From assembly GCA_047971765.1 (NCBI GenBank), contig JBKDZY010000802.1:1-42314 (forward strand): a DNA stretch of 42,314 bases, written 5' to 3'. Under the pieces are notes generated by a model that saw only the letters and a program-made list of their open reading frames with translations, ran no database searches and was not told the DNA's origin. Numbering within the stretch: position 1 is the first letter of the stretch; every line of letters begins with the position of its first letter. The DNA comes from Hyphomicrobiaceae bacterium (GTDB lineage Bacteria; Pseudomonadota; Alphaproteobacteria; Rhizobiales; Hyphomicrobiaceae). Positions 8,925 to 18,026 of this stretch are shown piece by piece. The translations under genes and the position numbers were made by a program.

Positions 8925-10245
8925 GAACCACGATCGACTTCAGTTCGTTGAACATCAACAGGGCATACCGTTTCGGATCGGGATCCGGATCTCGCCAGAA
9001 CTGCTGGGCAATGCTTGACACTGAATTCAACTGCAACCGCCAGCGTTCCGAATTCAGAAGCAGTTTCGGCTTCTCGTTCCAATTGCGTATCGACTGTGCT
9101 GAGCACTTGTCCGGCGGTTGACCGTGGTCCGTCCTGATGACCGGAATGCCCCCTTTTCTTGCCGCGAAATTTCGAAGAAACGTCCTGCTGCTCAATGCGC
9201 GAATACCAATATCCTGTCCCCGCCGCCTGCCAGGGTCCGGAAGAACGGGGAAAGCCAGCACGTCGAATGACCAGCTGACAAAATTCCCGCCGGGCGCAAG
9301 GCCGCAAGCCGCGGTGCTGTTTCCTGTCAGCGCAGGAGCAGCGAAATCACCGGTTATAGTCAAGGCGGCGGTCCCATCATTGACTTTGGACAAGACCCGC
9401 TTCCAGGCCAGATCATGGTTGTCGGCGTTCGTGAATTTCCTGAGGGCGAGAAGGATCTTGAACGACCGCGTCAACTGGGCAATCTCCTCGGCATGGCTCT
9501 TGCGGCCGAGCAGGAGATCCAGGAACGCCTCCTTCGACAGGCCGTCACTCAGAATTGATGAAAACACGAAGCGCAACTGCCAGCGCTGATCGGACATGGC
9601 AAGCGGATCATAGCCGGCAGTCTTGATGCGCCCTGCCACATCGAGAAACTCGTCCCACGATTTCGGAAAGGGAATGCCGAGCCGCCCCAGGATGCCGTTG
9701 TTGACGACGGCAATATTCTGCATGTGAATGACCACGGGAATCGCGGTGTAGGCGTTGTCGTGTGATATCTGCTCAAGGATTTCCGGCCGCAGGATCTCCT
9801 TGAATTTGTCGAACGTCGCGCCCGGCTCGATTGGCCGGATGATCGTGCTGCCGACCATGGATTTCAGTTCGGTGCCACCGATCCAGAAAACCGCATCGGG
9901 TGGCACCTGCAGGGCGAGACGATTGGCGAATGTCGTCCGTATCCCATAGAAATTTCCGGGAACGCGATGCTCGTACCATTTGTCTCCAGCGGCCTCGACG
10001 GTTTCCCTGATGTAGTCGAGTGCGGGTGCCTCGATATCCGTGTTCCACAAATGCATCAATTCGAACGTCGGTGCCGCATCCCCCTCGCGGCTCGCTGGTG
10101 CGTCCGTCAAGATCGCGATGAAGACTGCGACAAGCCCAATCAGCAGAGATGCGCTCCTCAAGAGAAACCTCCAGCACTGCTTGCCATGGACACAGTCGAA
10201 ACCGTCCTGAGGTGAGAATAAAGGACGCTGACGGGGGAACGCCAT
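8893..10245 (-). CDS. Membrane-anchored extracellular solute-binding protein-like (family 1) protein, probable sensor partner of the adjacent kinase
   Basis: One N-terminal TM (LLRSASLLIGLVAVFIAILT), then an SBP-like body (LMHLWNTDIEAPALDYIRE..., AMSDQRWQLRFVFSS). Its stop overlaps the kinase start by 32 nt. Start uncertain (ATG 10245, 10308, or upstream). Confidence 0.7.
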   Translation of the reverse strand: MAFPRQRPLFSPQDGFDCVHGKQCWRFLLRSASLLIGLVAVFIAILTDAPASREGDAAPTFELMHLWNTDIEAPALDYIRETVEAAGDKWYEHRVPGNFYGIRTTFANRLALQVPPDAVFWIGGTELKSMVGSTIIRPIEPGATFDKFKEILRPEILEQISHDNAYTAIPVVIHMQNIAVVNNGILGRLGIPFPKSWDEFLDVAGRIKTAGYDPLAMSDQRWQLRFVFSSILSDGLSKEAFLDLLLGRKSHAEEIAQLTRSFKILLALRKFTNADNHDLAWKRVLSKVNDGTAALTITGDFAAPALTGNSTAACGLAPGGNFVSWSFDVLAFPVLPDPGRRRGQDIGIRALSSRTFLRNFAARKGGIPVIRTDHGQPPDKCSAQSIRNWNEKPKLLLNSERWRLQLNSVSSIAQQFWRDPDPDPKRYALLMFNELKSIVVREAWIHQRAQ

Positions 10246-10482
10246 AGCAGACTTCGGCGAAATACTGCCTATCCGCCAACCAAGCTGTTGTGCGTGCGCA
10301 TTGCACATCTTTCCGAGATCATTCCTGACGGAACGCTGATACTCGCGGGGGGGCACGAGGGTTCCCAACCGTGCCTGGTGGGCGCGTGGGTGGACGCCCG
10401 CATGAACCCGTGCCATGCTGCCGGCAACGCGCCCGATTGCGGGGTGCTTTCACCTGTCCAGAACGGAACGACTGCTGAACCC

Positions 10483-11112
10483 ATGTTGACGACCTCGGGC
10501 TGCCGTGCGCAGCCCACCGTGCGCTGCAAGCTCGCCAGGCGACGCTTGTCCGGAAGGTTTCTGGCCTTCTGGTGCGCTTTATGGGTCGTCGGGTCCGGGC
10601 ATGTCATGGCAGAGCCACTGGCAAGCTGGGCCGGGCCTGTTCCGCCGCTGTCACTCGCGACAATCGATCAAGGCCGCATTTCCATCACGTCTCGGCGGGA
10701 CGATGTCGTGATCGTCCACTTCTTCGCGACCTGGTGCGAGGCATGCCGGCCGGAGCTCGGGGCGCTTGAGCGTCTGCGGTCCACGCACAAGCCGCGCGTG
10801 GCAATCGTCGCCATAAGCGTCAACGAGCCCGCCAGCCGGGTCCGGCGCTATTTCGAGAAATTTCCCGTCGGCTTCCCCATCGCGCTCGATGCCGACAGCT
10901 CTGCAGCGCGGCGCTGGGGTGTCTTCGCGCTTCCGTCATCGTTCGTGCTCGACGGCTCGGGCGCGCCGCTGCTCAAGGCCGCGGGAGAAGTCGACTGGGA
11001 CGGTGCCGGTGTTCGCGCGCTGCTGACCGGCCCGCCTCGGCGGCGCGGAGCATCCACCCCGAACACCATCGAAAACACGCCCACCTCGTTGCACAAAAGG
11101 ACAACACCATGA
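10483..11112 (+). CDS. TlpA/ResA-family periplasmic thiol-disulfide oxidoreductase (redoxin)
   Basis: CXXC motif in VVIVHFFATWCEACRPEL. Signal/anchor LAFWCALWVVGSGHVMA. ATG 10483 chosen within ORF 10288..11112. Confidence 0.8.
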   Translation: MLTTSGCRAQPTVRCKLARRRLSGRFLAFWCALWVVGSGHVMAEPLASWAGPVPPLSLATIDQGRISITSRRDDVVIVHFFATWCEACRPELGALERLRSTHKPRVAIVAISVNEPASRVRRYFEKFPVGFPIALDADSSAARRWGVFALPSSFVLDGSGAPLLKAAGEVDWDGAGVRALLTGPPRRRGASTPNTIENTPTSLHKRTTP

Positions 11113-12206
11113 TCGTGGATCGCCGCCAGCTCCTGCTGGGTGGAACAGCACTTGCCTTGGCCCCTTCTCTTGCCCTGCCAGCCCGCGCGGCGGCAGAATT
11201 CACCCCCACGCCAGGGCCCTGGCGCTCGTTCGAGATCACGACCAAAATCTCGCTTGCTGCTGGGTCACAGGATGCCCAGGCCTGGATTCCCATTCCGGCG
11301 TTCACCGCGCAAGACTGGATGCGTCCCGGTGAAACGAGCTGGACGCTCGCGGCTGGCGACGCAGCCATCGCCACCGACCCGGCCTCCGGGGCGCGCATGG
11401 TCCATGTGCGATGGCCGAATGGCGCAGCCACCGACATCACCGTGGTAAGCCAATTTTCGACGCGCGACCGGGCCGTCGGTCTGCATCCGTCGGGCGTGCC
11501 CCCCCTCGATCCCGAACAGCGCAAACGCTTCACGGCAGCGACGGGACAGTTCAACTTCGACGGCATCGTCAAGACAACCTCGGACTCGATCGTGGCTGGC
11601 GCTTCCGGCGATGTCGACAAGGCCCGGCGGATCTATGAGTGGATCGTGGACAACACCTTCCGGGATCCCAAGACACGCGGCTGCGGGCTGGGTGACGTCG
11701 AATCGATGCTGAAGACAGGCAACCTCGGCGGCAAGTGTGCGGACCTCAATGCGCTCTATGTCGGCCTCGCACGGGCGGCAGGGCTTCCGGCACGGGATGT
11801 CTACGGGATAAGGGTTGCGCCGTCGGCCTTCGGCTACAAGAGCCTCGGCGCCAGCAGTCCGACCATTACCAAGGCCCAGCATTGCCGCGCGGAAGTGTTC
11901 CTCGATGGCATCGGCTGGCTGCCGGTCGATCCGGCAGATGTGCGCAAGGTCGTGCTCGAAGAGCCGCCCGGCCATCTCAAGCTCGACGATCCGAAGGTGC
12001 TGACCGCGCGCAAGGCCCTGTTCGGGTCGTGGGAAACCAACTGGCTGGCCTACAACGATGCCAACGACGTGAGACTGCCCGGTTCCTCGGGCCCGATGCT
12101 GCACTTCCTCATGTACCCGCAGGCGGAAACGATCTCGGGCCGTCTCGATCCGCTTGATCCGGGTGACTTCAAATACACCATCACGGCGCGCCAACTGCCT
12201 GCGTGA
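11109..12206 (+). CDS. Tat-exported transglutaminase-like cysteine peptidase family protein
   Basis: Twin-arginine signal MIVDRRQLLLGGTALALAPSLALPARA. Transglutaminase core GGKCADLNALYVGLARAAGLPARDVYG ... HCRAEVFLDGIGWLPVDPAD (Cys/His/Asp). ATGA overlap with the tlpA-like stop. Confidence 0.85.
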   Translation: MIVDRRQLLLGGTALALAPSLALPARAAAEFTPTPGPWRSFEITTKISLAAGSQDAQAWIPIPAFTAQDWMRPGETSWTLAAGDAAIATDPASGARMVHVRWPNGAATDITVVSQFSTRDRAVGLHPSGVPPLDPEQRKRFTAATGQFNFDGIVKTTSDSIVAGASGDVDKARRIYEWIVDNTFRDPKTRGCGLGDVESMLKTGNLGGKCADLNALYVGLARAAGLPARDVYGIRVAPSAFGYKSLGASSPTITKAQHCRAEVFLDGIGWLPVDPADVRKVVLEEPPGHLKLDDPKVLTARKALFGSWETNWLAYNDANDVRLPGSSGPMLHFLMYPQAETISGRLDPLDPGDFKYTITARQLPA

Positions 12207-12291
12207 GGCGCCCTCGCGTGACGAGCGACGGCAGGCGCTACGGGCGGCCGGCGGGCAAGCCAATCGGTCTGCTCGCCGGTCTCCGGGTCGG

Positions 12292-12837
12292 TCAGACCTT
12301 CAAGGCCTCGTGCCTGGGGTTCGGCGGCAGTTCGACACCGTTCACAGTCATGGCCAGCATGGCGTAATAGCCGATACATGTGGTCAACTGGACGTACTGC
12401 TCGGCGCCCAGGCGTTTCATGACCGCCTGGGCCGTCGCGTCCTCGACCCGGTTGTTGCGCAACAGTTGGCGCGTGAAATCTATGATCTGCAGGTCCTCGG
12501 GCGGGATGCCGTCGGAACGATCGTCCCGGATTGCATCGATGGTCGACCGCGGAACATTCCGTTCCTCGCCGATCACCCCCTGGATGCCCCACACGTACTG
12601 GGCCTGGAAATGACGCCCGACAACCAGCGCGGCAAGTGTGCGGATGCGCAGGTCCAGCGGCCCCTCCCAGCGCACCAGGGTGCCCAGATGCGCCACACGT
12701 TCGGCCCACTCCGGGGCATGCATCCACACGGAAAAAGGACCTTCAAGCGATTTGCGCCGATCGACGATCTTTTCTGCGATGCGGCGGGCATCGCCGCTAA
12801 GCTCATCCGGAGATTTCAGAATGGGTACGCGGGCCAT
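12292..12837 (-). CDS. Carboxymuconolactone decarboxylase (AhpD-like) family protein
   Basis: CMD-family-like sequence (PFSVWMHAPEWAERVAHLGTLVRWEGPLDLRIRTLAALVVGRHFQAQYVW). ATG 12837 has AAGGA 6 nt upstream; the ORF-track start at 12843 is TTG. Confidence 0.8.
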   Translation of the reverse strand: MARVPILKSPDELSGDARRIAEKIVDRRKSLEGPFSVWMHAPEWAERVAHLGTLVRWEGPLDLRIRTLAALVVGRHFQAQYVWGIQGVIGEERNVPRSTIDAIRDDRSDGIPPEDLQIIDFTRQLLRNNRVEDATAQAVMKRLGAEQYVQLTTCIGYYAMLAMTVNGVELPPNPRHEALKV

Positions 12838-13199
12838 GTTCAATCCTTAGCTACGGGTTCGCTTCAGAAGCGGGTTGACGTAGCGTGACGGTAAACGCAA
12901 GTCGCGCCCCGGCGCCAGCCTTGCCTGGACGAAAGGCACACGAACACTCCGGCATAGCCCGATCTGGTCCGCGATCTGACGACAACGGGACCTCCAGTGT
13001 GGGAAAGAGCCCGAAACGGACTGCAATCCGGGGCCTCTCGGTCCTGGCGCCTTCTGCGGCTTTTGACCCTGGCCTCCATAGGCACTCAAGGTTGCGACAG
13101 CAGGTGTAGCCCAAGTCATGGCGCCCAGGTATGCTGATCCCAGTCACCGGTCGTCCGGCACCCCTTCCAACCCTCGCACTTGATGAACTGGAACCCAGC

Positions 13200-14552
13200 A
13201 TGAACGTCATTCCGAATTCCATCGAAGCTCGCGACATGGCCTATCATATGCATCCGAACGTGGACCACCGTCGCCAAGAGACGAGTGGCTCCCTGGTGAT
13301 GCAGCGCGGGGAAGGCGTCTATGTCTTCGACACCACGGGGAAACGCTACATCGAGGGCATGGCCGGCCTCTGGTCGGTCGGCCTGGGGTTCGGCGAGAAG
13401 CGGCTGGTCGAGGCCGCCAGGGCGCAGTTGGAAATCCTGCCCTACTACCATACGTTCTCCTACAAATCGCATACCCCCTGCATCGAACTCGCCGAGAAGC
13501 TGATCCAGCTGGCGCCGGTGCCGATGTCGAAGGTGCACTTCACGTCCTCGGGATCGGAAGCCAACGATCTCGTTGTGAAGATGACGTGGTACCGCTCGAA
13601 CGCGCTCGGACTTCCCCAGAAGAAGAAGTTCATCGGGCGCGTCAAAGGCTATCATGGGGTGACCATTGCGGCCGGCTCGCTCACCGGTATCCCACGCAAT
13701 CATCAGAGCTTCGACCTGCCGCTGCCGCAGATGAAGCACACGAGCTGCCCGGATTTCGCACGCGAGGGCAAACCCGGTGAGTCGGAAAGCGATTTCGTCG
13801 CCCGCATGGCCTCCGACCTCGAAGCCCTGATCGAGCAGGAAGGGGCTGATACGATCGCCGCCTTCATTGGCGAGCCCGTGATGGGCGCGGGCGGCGTGAT
13901 CGTGCCACCCGAGGGCTACTGGGCCGCGATCCAGGCCGTGCTCAAGAAACACGACATCCTGCTGGTTGCCGACGAGGTCATCTGCGGTTTCGGGCGCACC
14001 GGTAACCTGTTCGGCTGCCAGACCTACGGGATCAAGCCGGACGTGATGGTCGTCTCGAAGCAGATCACGTCGTCATACATGCCGCTCTCGGCGATCCTGG
14101 TGAACGACCGCTTCTACGAGCCGATCGCGGACGAGTCGCACAAGATCGGCGTGTTTGCCCATGGCTACACCGCGTCCGGTCATCCCGTGGCGACCGCCGT
14201 GGGCCTCGAGAACCTCAAGATCATCGAGGAGCGCGATGTGGTGGGCAATGCCCGCCGCCGCAGCCCAAGGTTCCTTGCCGGGCTTGCCGAGCTGGCCAAG
14301 CACAAGATGGCTATCGGATGGCGCGGTGTCGGCCTCATCGGTGCGATCGAACTCAAGCCGCGGGCGAAAGTCGGCCAAGTCGGCGACGTTGCCTGTGGGC
14401 TCGCGCTCGAGGAAGGCGTTGTCGTCCGCAACGTGGGTGACGCGCTGTGCTTCTGCCCGCCAATGATCATCACCGATGACGAAGTCGATGCCATGTTCGC
14501 ATCCGTCAAGCGGGCGCTCGACCGCCTCGCCGAAATGCCGCCAGAAGCGTGA
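13200..14552 (+). CDS. Class-III (omega) aminotransferase, PLP-dependent
   Basis: GEGVYVFDTTGKRYIEGMAGLWSVGLGFG, FTSSGSEANDL, DEVICGFGRTG, and the Schiff-base lysine context VVSKQITSSYMPLSA. ATG 13200 is internal to ORF 13131..14552. Confidence 0.9.
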   Translation: MNVIPNSIEARDMAYHMHPNVDHRRQETSGSLVMQRGEGVYVFDTTGKRYIEGMAGLWSVGLGFGEKRLVEAARAQLEILPYYHTFSYKSHTPCIELAEKLIQLAPVPMSKVHFTSSGSEANDLVVKMTWYRSNALGLPQKKKFIGRVKGYHGVTIAAGSLTGIPRNHQSFDLPLPQMKHTSCPDFAREGKPGESESDFVARMASDLEALIEQEGADTIAAFIGEPVMGAGGVIVPPEGYWAAIQAVLKKHDILLVADEVICGFGRTGNLFGCQTYGIKPDVMVVSKQITSSYMPLSAILVNDRFYEPIADESHKIGVFAHGYTASGHPVATAVGLENLKIIEERDVVGNARRRSPRFLAGLAELAKHKMAIGWRGVGLIGAIELKPRAKVGQVGDVACGLALEEGVVVRNVGDALCFCPPMIITDDEVDAMFASVKRALDRLAEMPPEA

Positions 14553-14626
14553 GCGACGGCTGGTGCATGGCCGTTTGAGGCCGTCCAGGATGACGTGCAC
14601 GCCTTGCACGTCCCCACCACACAAAC

Positions 14627-14660
14627 CGGCAGGGCCCGCTTGATAGCGCGGGCCCTGCCG
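14627..14660. terminator. Bidirectional intrinsic terminator between the convergent aminotransferase and SBP genes
   Basis: CGGCAGGGCCCGC / GCGGGCCCTGCCG form a 13-bp perfect GC-rich stem with an 8-nt loop. It is followed by TTCTTCATCT on + and TTTGTGTGG on -. Confidence 0.6.
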
Positions 14661-14681
14661 TTCTTCATCTCCGGCCCGCCT

Positions 14682-16277
14682 TCAGCCGACCACCTTCACG
14701 CGCGCCATCGAACCTTCGAAGCCCTCGGCATTCGTGGTGTGATCAGCAATGCGTTTCCTGGAAACCGTCTGCCATGCCGCCATGGCCAGCGGGAAATGCG
14801 GGACATCGTGCATGACCTGCCGCTGGATGTCGTGCCACAGCTTGACTCGCCTGGCCTGATCGAGCGACACGGCCGACTCTTCGAGCCACGCATCAACTTT
14901 CGGATTGGCGTAGCCTGTTCCGTTGGAGAAGGCGACGCCCTTGATGTCATTCTTGGACCACAGCAGCCTCTGCACACCAACCTGGGGATCGAACAGGTTC
15001 GAGATCGAGGCCAGATGAAGCTGGTAGTCCTGCTGGCGGTAGACGCGATTGATGAGTGTTCCCATGTCCTGGCCGCGCAGCTCGATCTTGATTCCCGCAC
15101 GTCCCAGGGCGGCGCGCAGGAACTCTCCCACAAGGCGCTGGTCTTCGCCGACGTAGTCCATTGTCAAGGTGATGCCTGAGGGGTGGCCGGCCTCCTTGAG
15201 TTTGGCCTTGGCCGCCTTGATATCGTAGGGGTAGGGCGTTGGCTCGTTCAGGTGGAAGGCCTTGTGGTGCGGCACGACCGGTGTCGCCGACGGTGTCGCG
15301 TAGCTGAAGAAGACGACCTTGTTCAACAGCTCGCGATTGATGCAGTGCGCGATGGCCTGGCGAAGCGCCAGATTGTTGAGTGGTGCGACCCTCGTATTCG
15401 CCTCGACAATGATGATATTGGGCGGGTCGTATTCGTAGCCCTTCTTCGTGAACTCGATCTTCGGGATCTTCTTCAACCGGTCGATGTCCCGGAACGGGAT
15501 CGGCGTGCGATAGCCAATGTCCGCGCCGCCCGTCTCGAAGGCGATTGTCCGTGCCGACGGATCGAGAATGAAGCGGGCGACCAGCGTGTCGACGAGCGGC
15601 AGTTTCGGGTTCCAGTAGTTCGGGTTCTTTTTCCAGATGACGTGACTGCCGCGCACCCATTCCTTGAAGACGTAGGGCCCTGTGCCAACCGGGGCGGTAT
15701 TGTTGGGATGCTTGAGAGGGTTTTCCCCCTCCTTGTAGAGATGGGACGGCACGACGGGGCTCTCCATCGAGGACATGGCCTTCAGGAGAAATGGCGTCGG
15801 CTTGGTCAAGTGCAGAACAACGGTGTGGTCGTCGGGCAGCTCGATACTGGAAATCTGCGAGAACGTGGTCCGATTGCGCGAATGGTACTTCTTCGCGGTT
15901 TCAATGGAGAACTTGACATCCCTTGACGTGAAGTCCTTGCCATCGTGCCACTTGACGCCCCTGCGAAGCTTGAACGTATAGGTCAGGCCGTCGCCTGCCA
16001 CATTCCACTCCGTCGCCAAGAGGGGTTGGGGGTTCAGGTCATAGTCGAATTCGAAAAGCCCCTCGGAGACCTTTGCCGACCAGATCAGGCTGGCCGTGTT
16101 CACGAACGACAGCAACGCGGGGGCTTCCGTTGCCCCCATCATCGTCACCACCTGCTCGTCCGCGGCCATGGCGATCGTGGGAAGCAGGCCGGATCCCAGA
16201 AGGCCCGCAGAGATCGGCAGGGTTGTCAGTCCGGAAAGAACCTCCCGGCGGTCCATTATGCCCTTGGATTTCGACAT
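14682..16277 (-). CDS. ABC transporter substrate-binding protein, family 5 (peptide/opine type), last gene of the hyu operon
   Basis: Tat/Sec-like leader MSKSKGIMDRREVLSGLTTLPISAGLLGSGLLPTIAMA. Family-5 blocks (TFKLRRGVKWHDGKDFTSRDV, GTGPYVFKEWVRGSH). ATG 16277 has AAGGAA upstream. Confidence 0.9.
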   Translation of the reverse strand: MSKSKGIMDRREVLSGLTTLPISAGLLGSGLLPTIAMAADEQVVTMMGATEAPALLSFVNTASLIWSAKVSEGLFEFDYDLNPQPLLATEWNVAGDGLTYTFKLRRGVKWHDGKDFTSRDVKFSIETAKKYHSRNRTTFSQISSIELPDDHTVVLHLTKPTPFLLKAMSSMESPVVPSHLYKEGENPLKHPNNTAPVGTGPYVFKEWVRGSHVIWKKNPNYWNPKLPLVDTLVARFILDPSARTIAFETGGADIGYRTPIPFRDIDRLKKIPKIEFTKKGYEYDPPNIIIVEANTRVAPLNNLALRQAIAHCINRELLNKVVFFSYATPSATPVVPHHKAFHLNEPTPYPYDIKAAKAKLKEAGHPSGITLTMDYVGEDQRLVGEFLRAALGRAGIKIELRGQDMGTLINRVYRQQDYQLHLASISNLFDPQVGVQRLLWSKNDIKGVAFSNGTGYANPKVDAWLEESAVSLDQARRVKLWHDIQRQVMHDVPHFPLAMAAWQTVSRKRIADHTTNAEGFEGSMARVKVVG

Positions 16278-16354
16278 GCCGTATTCCTTTTCTCTTGGCT
16301 GACTTTTCTGTTGGACGTGCCTGGATGTTTCCGCTGGCGATTTCCACCAAGACC

Positions 16355-18013
16355 TCAAATCTTCAATCCGTAGATCTCGCGCGCAGCCTTTTCGGTGATG
16401 TAGCCGTTCTCCAGATCTGCATTGACCGCGGCTCGATCCCTCTGCCTTGGATCACCGGTCCCACCGCCCCCGGGGGACCTGATGATGACGGTGCCGCCAG
16501 CGGGGACCTTGTGCATCCCGCGCTCGCCGAGCACCTTGTCAGGGCTCATGTGGACGCTGCCCGCACGGCCATCCCGCCCTCCCATCGCCCCTCGCGGCGG
16601 AAACTTGATGCGTTCGAACGTGTTCCCGACCTCGAACGGCTCTTCGAGCACACTTCCCAGCTCCATGATCTGGCCAAGCCCGCCGCGGAACGTGCCGGCG
16701 CCACCTGAATCGGGGTCCAATTCCTTGCGCCACATCACCACATTCGACATGCTCTCGAATATCTCGACCGGTCCGCCACGCACGCCGGACGGGAAGCCGG
16801 TTGCGGACATGCCATCACGATAGGGCAACGCCCCCATGCCGCCGGTGGTTACCAGGCCAACCCGGTAGATCTTGTCGAATTGGGCCGGGCTATGCCATGG
16901 CCCAACGGCGCGCAGGTTCCAGAGCACGCCCGCACCTTCGGCGGGAATCCGATCCGGCAAGGCCTGGCGGAGGCAATTGAAAACCAGATCCGGCAGCATC
17001 AGCCCCATCAAGTGGCGGGCGACGACGGCCGCCGGCTTCTTCGCATTCAGGATGCACCCTTCCGGCGCGACCACCCGACGTGGCGCGAGGCTTCCGGCAT
17101 TGTTGGGAATGTCGCCGAGAATGGACACGCCGATGGCGTATGACGTGTAGGCCAGCGTGTAACAAAGAGGCGTGTTGAAGCTATGCTTCGTCATCGGCGC
17201 CGAGCCGGTGTAGTCGACCTCGATGCCATCGTTGCTGATCGTCAGCCTAGCCTTCAGGACGATCGGCTCACTTTCTCCATCCAGGGTAATTTCGCTGGTC
17301 CAGGTTCCCTGCGGCAAAGCGCGGATCTTCTCCAGCACCGCCGCTCGAGACGTGTCAACGATGTGGTCCGCAATAACGGAAAGGACGCGCAAGCCGAATT
17401 CCGCCATCATCTCGAAGAGGCGTTCGCACCCGACAGTATTGCAGTTGATCAACGAATATACATCGCCAACGGTCTCTACCGGTTGGCGCGTATTGGCGCG
17501 AATGATGGCCATGAGGCTTTCATCGACAACGCCAGCGTCGGCAATCTTGAGGATCGGCAGATAGAGCCCTTCCATGAAGACATCCCTGGACAACGCCCAG
17601 TCGGTCATGCCGCCGATATCAAGAATGTGGCTGTTGCAGGCCAGGAAACCGATCAACTTGCCCTCGTGGAAACATGGCGTCGTGATCGAGATGTCATTGA
17701 GATGCCCGGTGCCAAGCCAGGGATCGTTGTGGATGTAGACATCCCCGTCCTTCATGGTTTCGACGGGGAAGGCCGCGATGACGTGGCCCACGGCCAGGGC
17801 CATCGAGTTGATGTGTCCGGGCGTACCCGTGACGGCCTGCGCGAGCATCCGGCCTTTCGCATCGAATACTCCGGCCGCCAGATCCCCGGATTCCCGGACA
17901 ATGGTCGAGAAGGCGGTCCGCTGGCACACCTGCGCCTGCTCTTCCACCACTGCCAGCAGGCGGTTCCACATGATTTGCTTGTCGAGTTGGGTGATGGTCG
18001 GGCGGCCGCTCAT
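16355..18013 (-). CDS. Hydantoinase B / oxoprolinase family protein (HyuB-type subunit), copy 1
   Basis: MWNRLLAVVEEQAQVCQRTAFSTIVRESGDLAAGVFDA..., HNDPWLGTGHLNDI, GGGGTGDP: hallmark HyuB blocks. ATG 18013 lies 13 nt after the upstream paralog's stop, with GAAGGAA spanning that stop. Confidence 0.9.
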   Translation of the reverse strand: MSGRPTITQLDKQIMWNRLLAVVEEQAQVCQRTAFSTIVRESGDLAAGVFDAKGRMLAQAVTGTPGHINSMALAVGHVIAAFPVETMKDGDVYIHNDPWLGTGHLNDISITTPCFHEGKLIGFLACNSHILDIGGMTDWALSRDVFMEGLYLPILKIADAGVVDESLMAIIRANTRQPVETVGDVYSLINCNTVGCERLFEMMAEFGLRVLSVIADHIVDTSRAAVLEKIRALPQGTWTSEITLDGESEPIVLKARLTISNDGIEVDYTGSAPMTKHSFNTPLCYTLAYTSYAIGVSILGDIPNNAGSLAPRRVVAPEGCILNAKKPAAVVARHLMGLMLPDLVFNCLRQALPDRIPAEGAGVLWNLRAVGPWHSPAQFDKIYRVGLVTTGGMGALPYRDGMSATGFPSGVRGGPVEIFESMSNVVMWRKELDPDSGGAGTFRGGLGQIMELGSVLEEPFEVGNTFERIKFPPRGAMGGRDGRAGSVHMSPDKVLGERGMHKVPAGGTVIIRSPGGGGTGDPRQRDRAAVNADLENGYITEKAAREIYGLKI

Positions 18014-18026
18014 CTCGAAGGTTCCT

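Noticed and set aside
7146-8951. 601-aa plus-strand ORF opposite the histidine kinase
   Set aside because: It is the mirror frame of a gene with complete H/N/G boxes and a receiver. It has R/G/A/P-rich composition and no motifs.
10347-10353. G7 homopolymer between the SBP-like gene and the tlpA-like gene as a phase-variation tract (also G7 at 31734-31740)
   Set aside because: The runs are short, sit in a high-GC background, and have no evidence of length variation. They are not positioned between recognisable -35/-10 elements.
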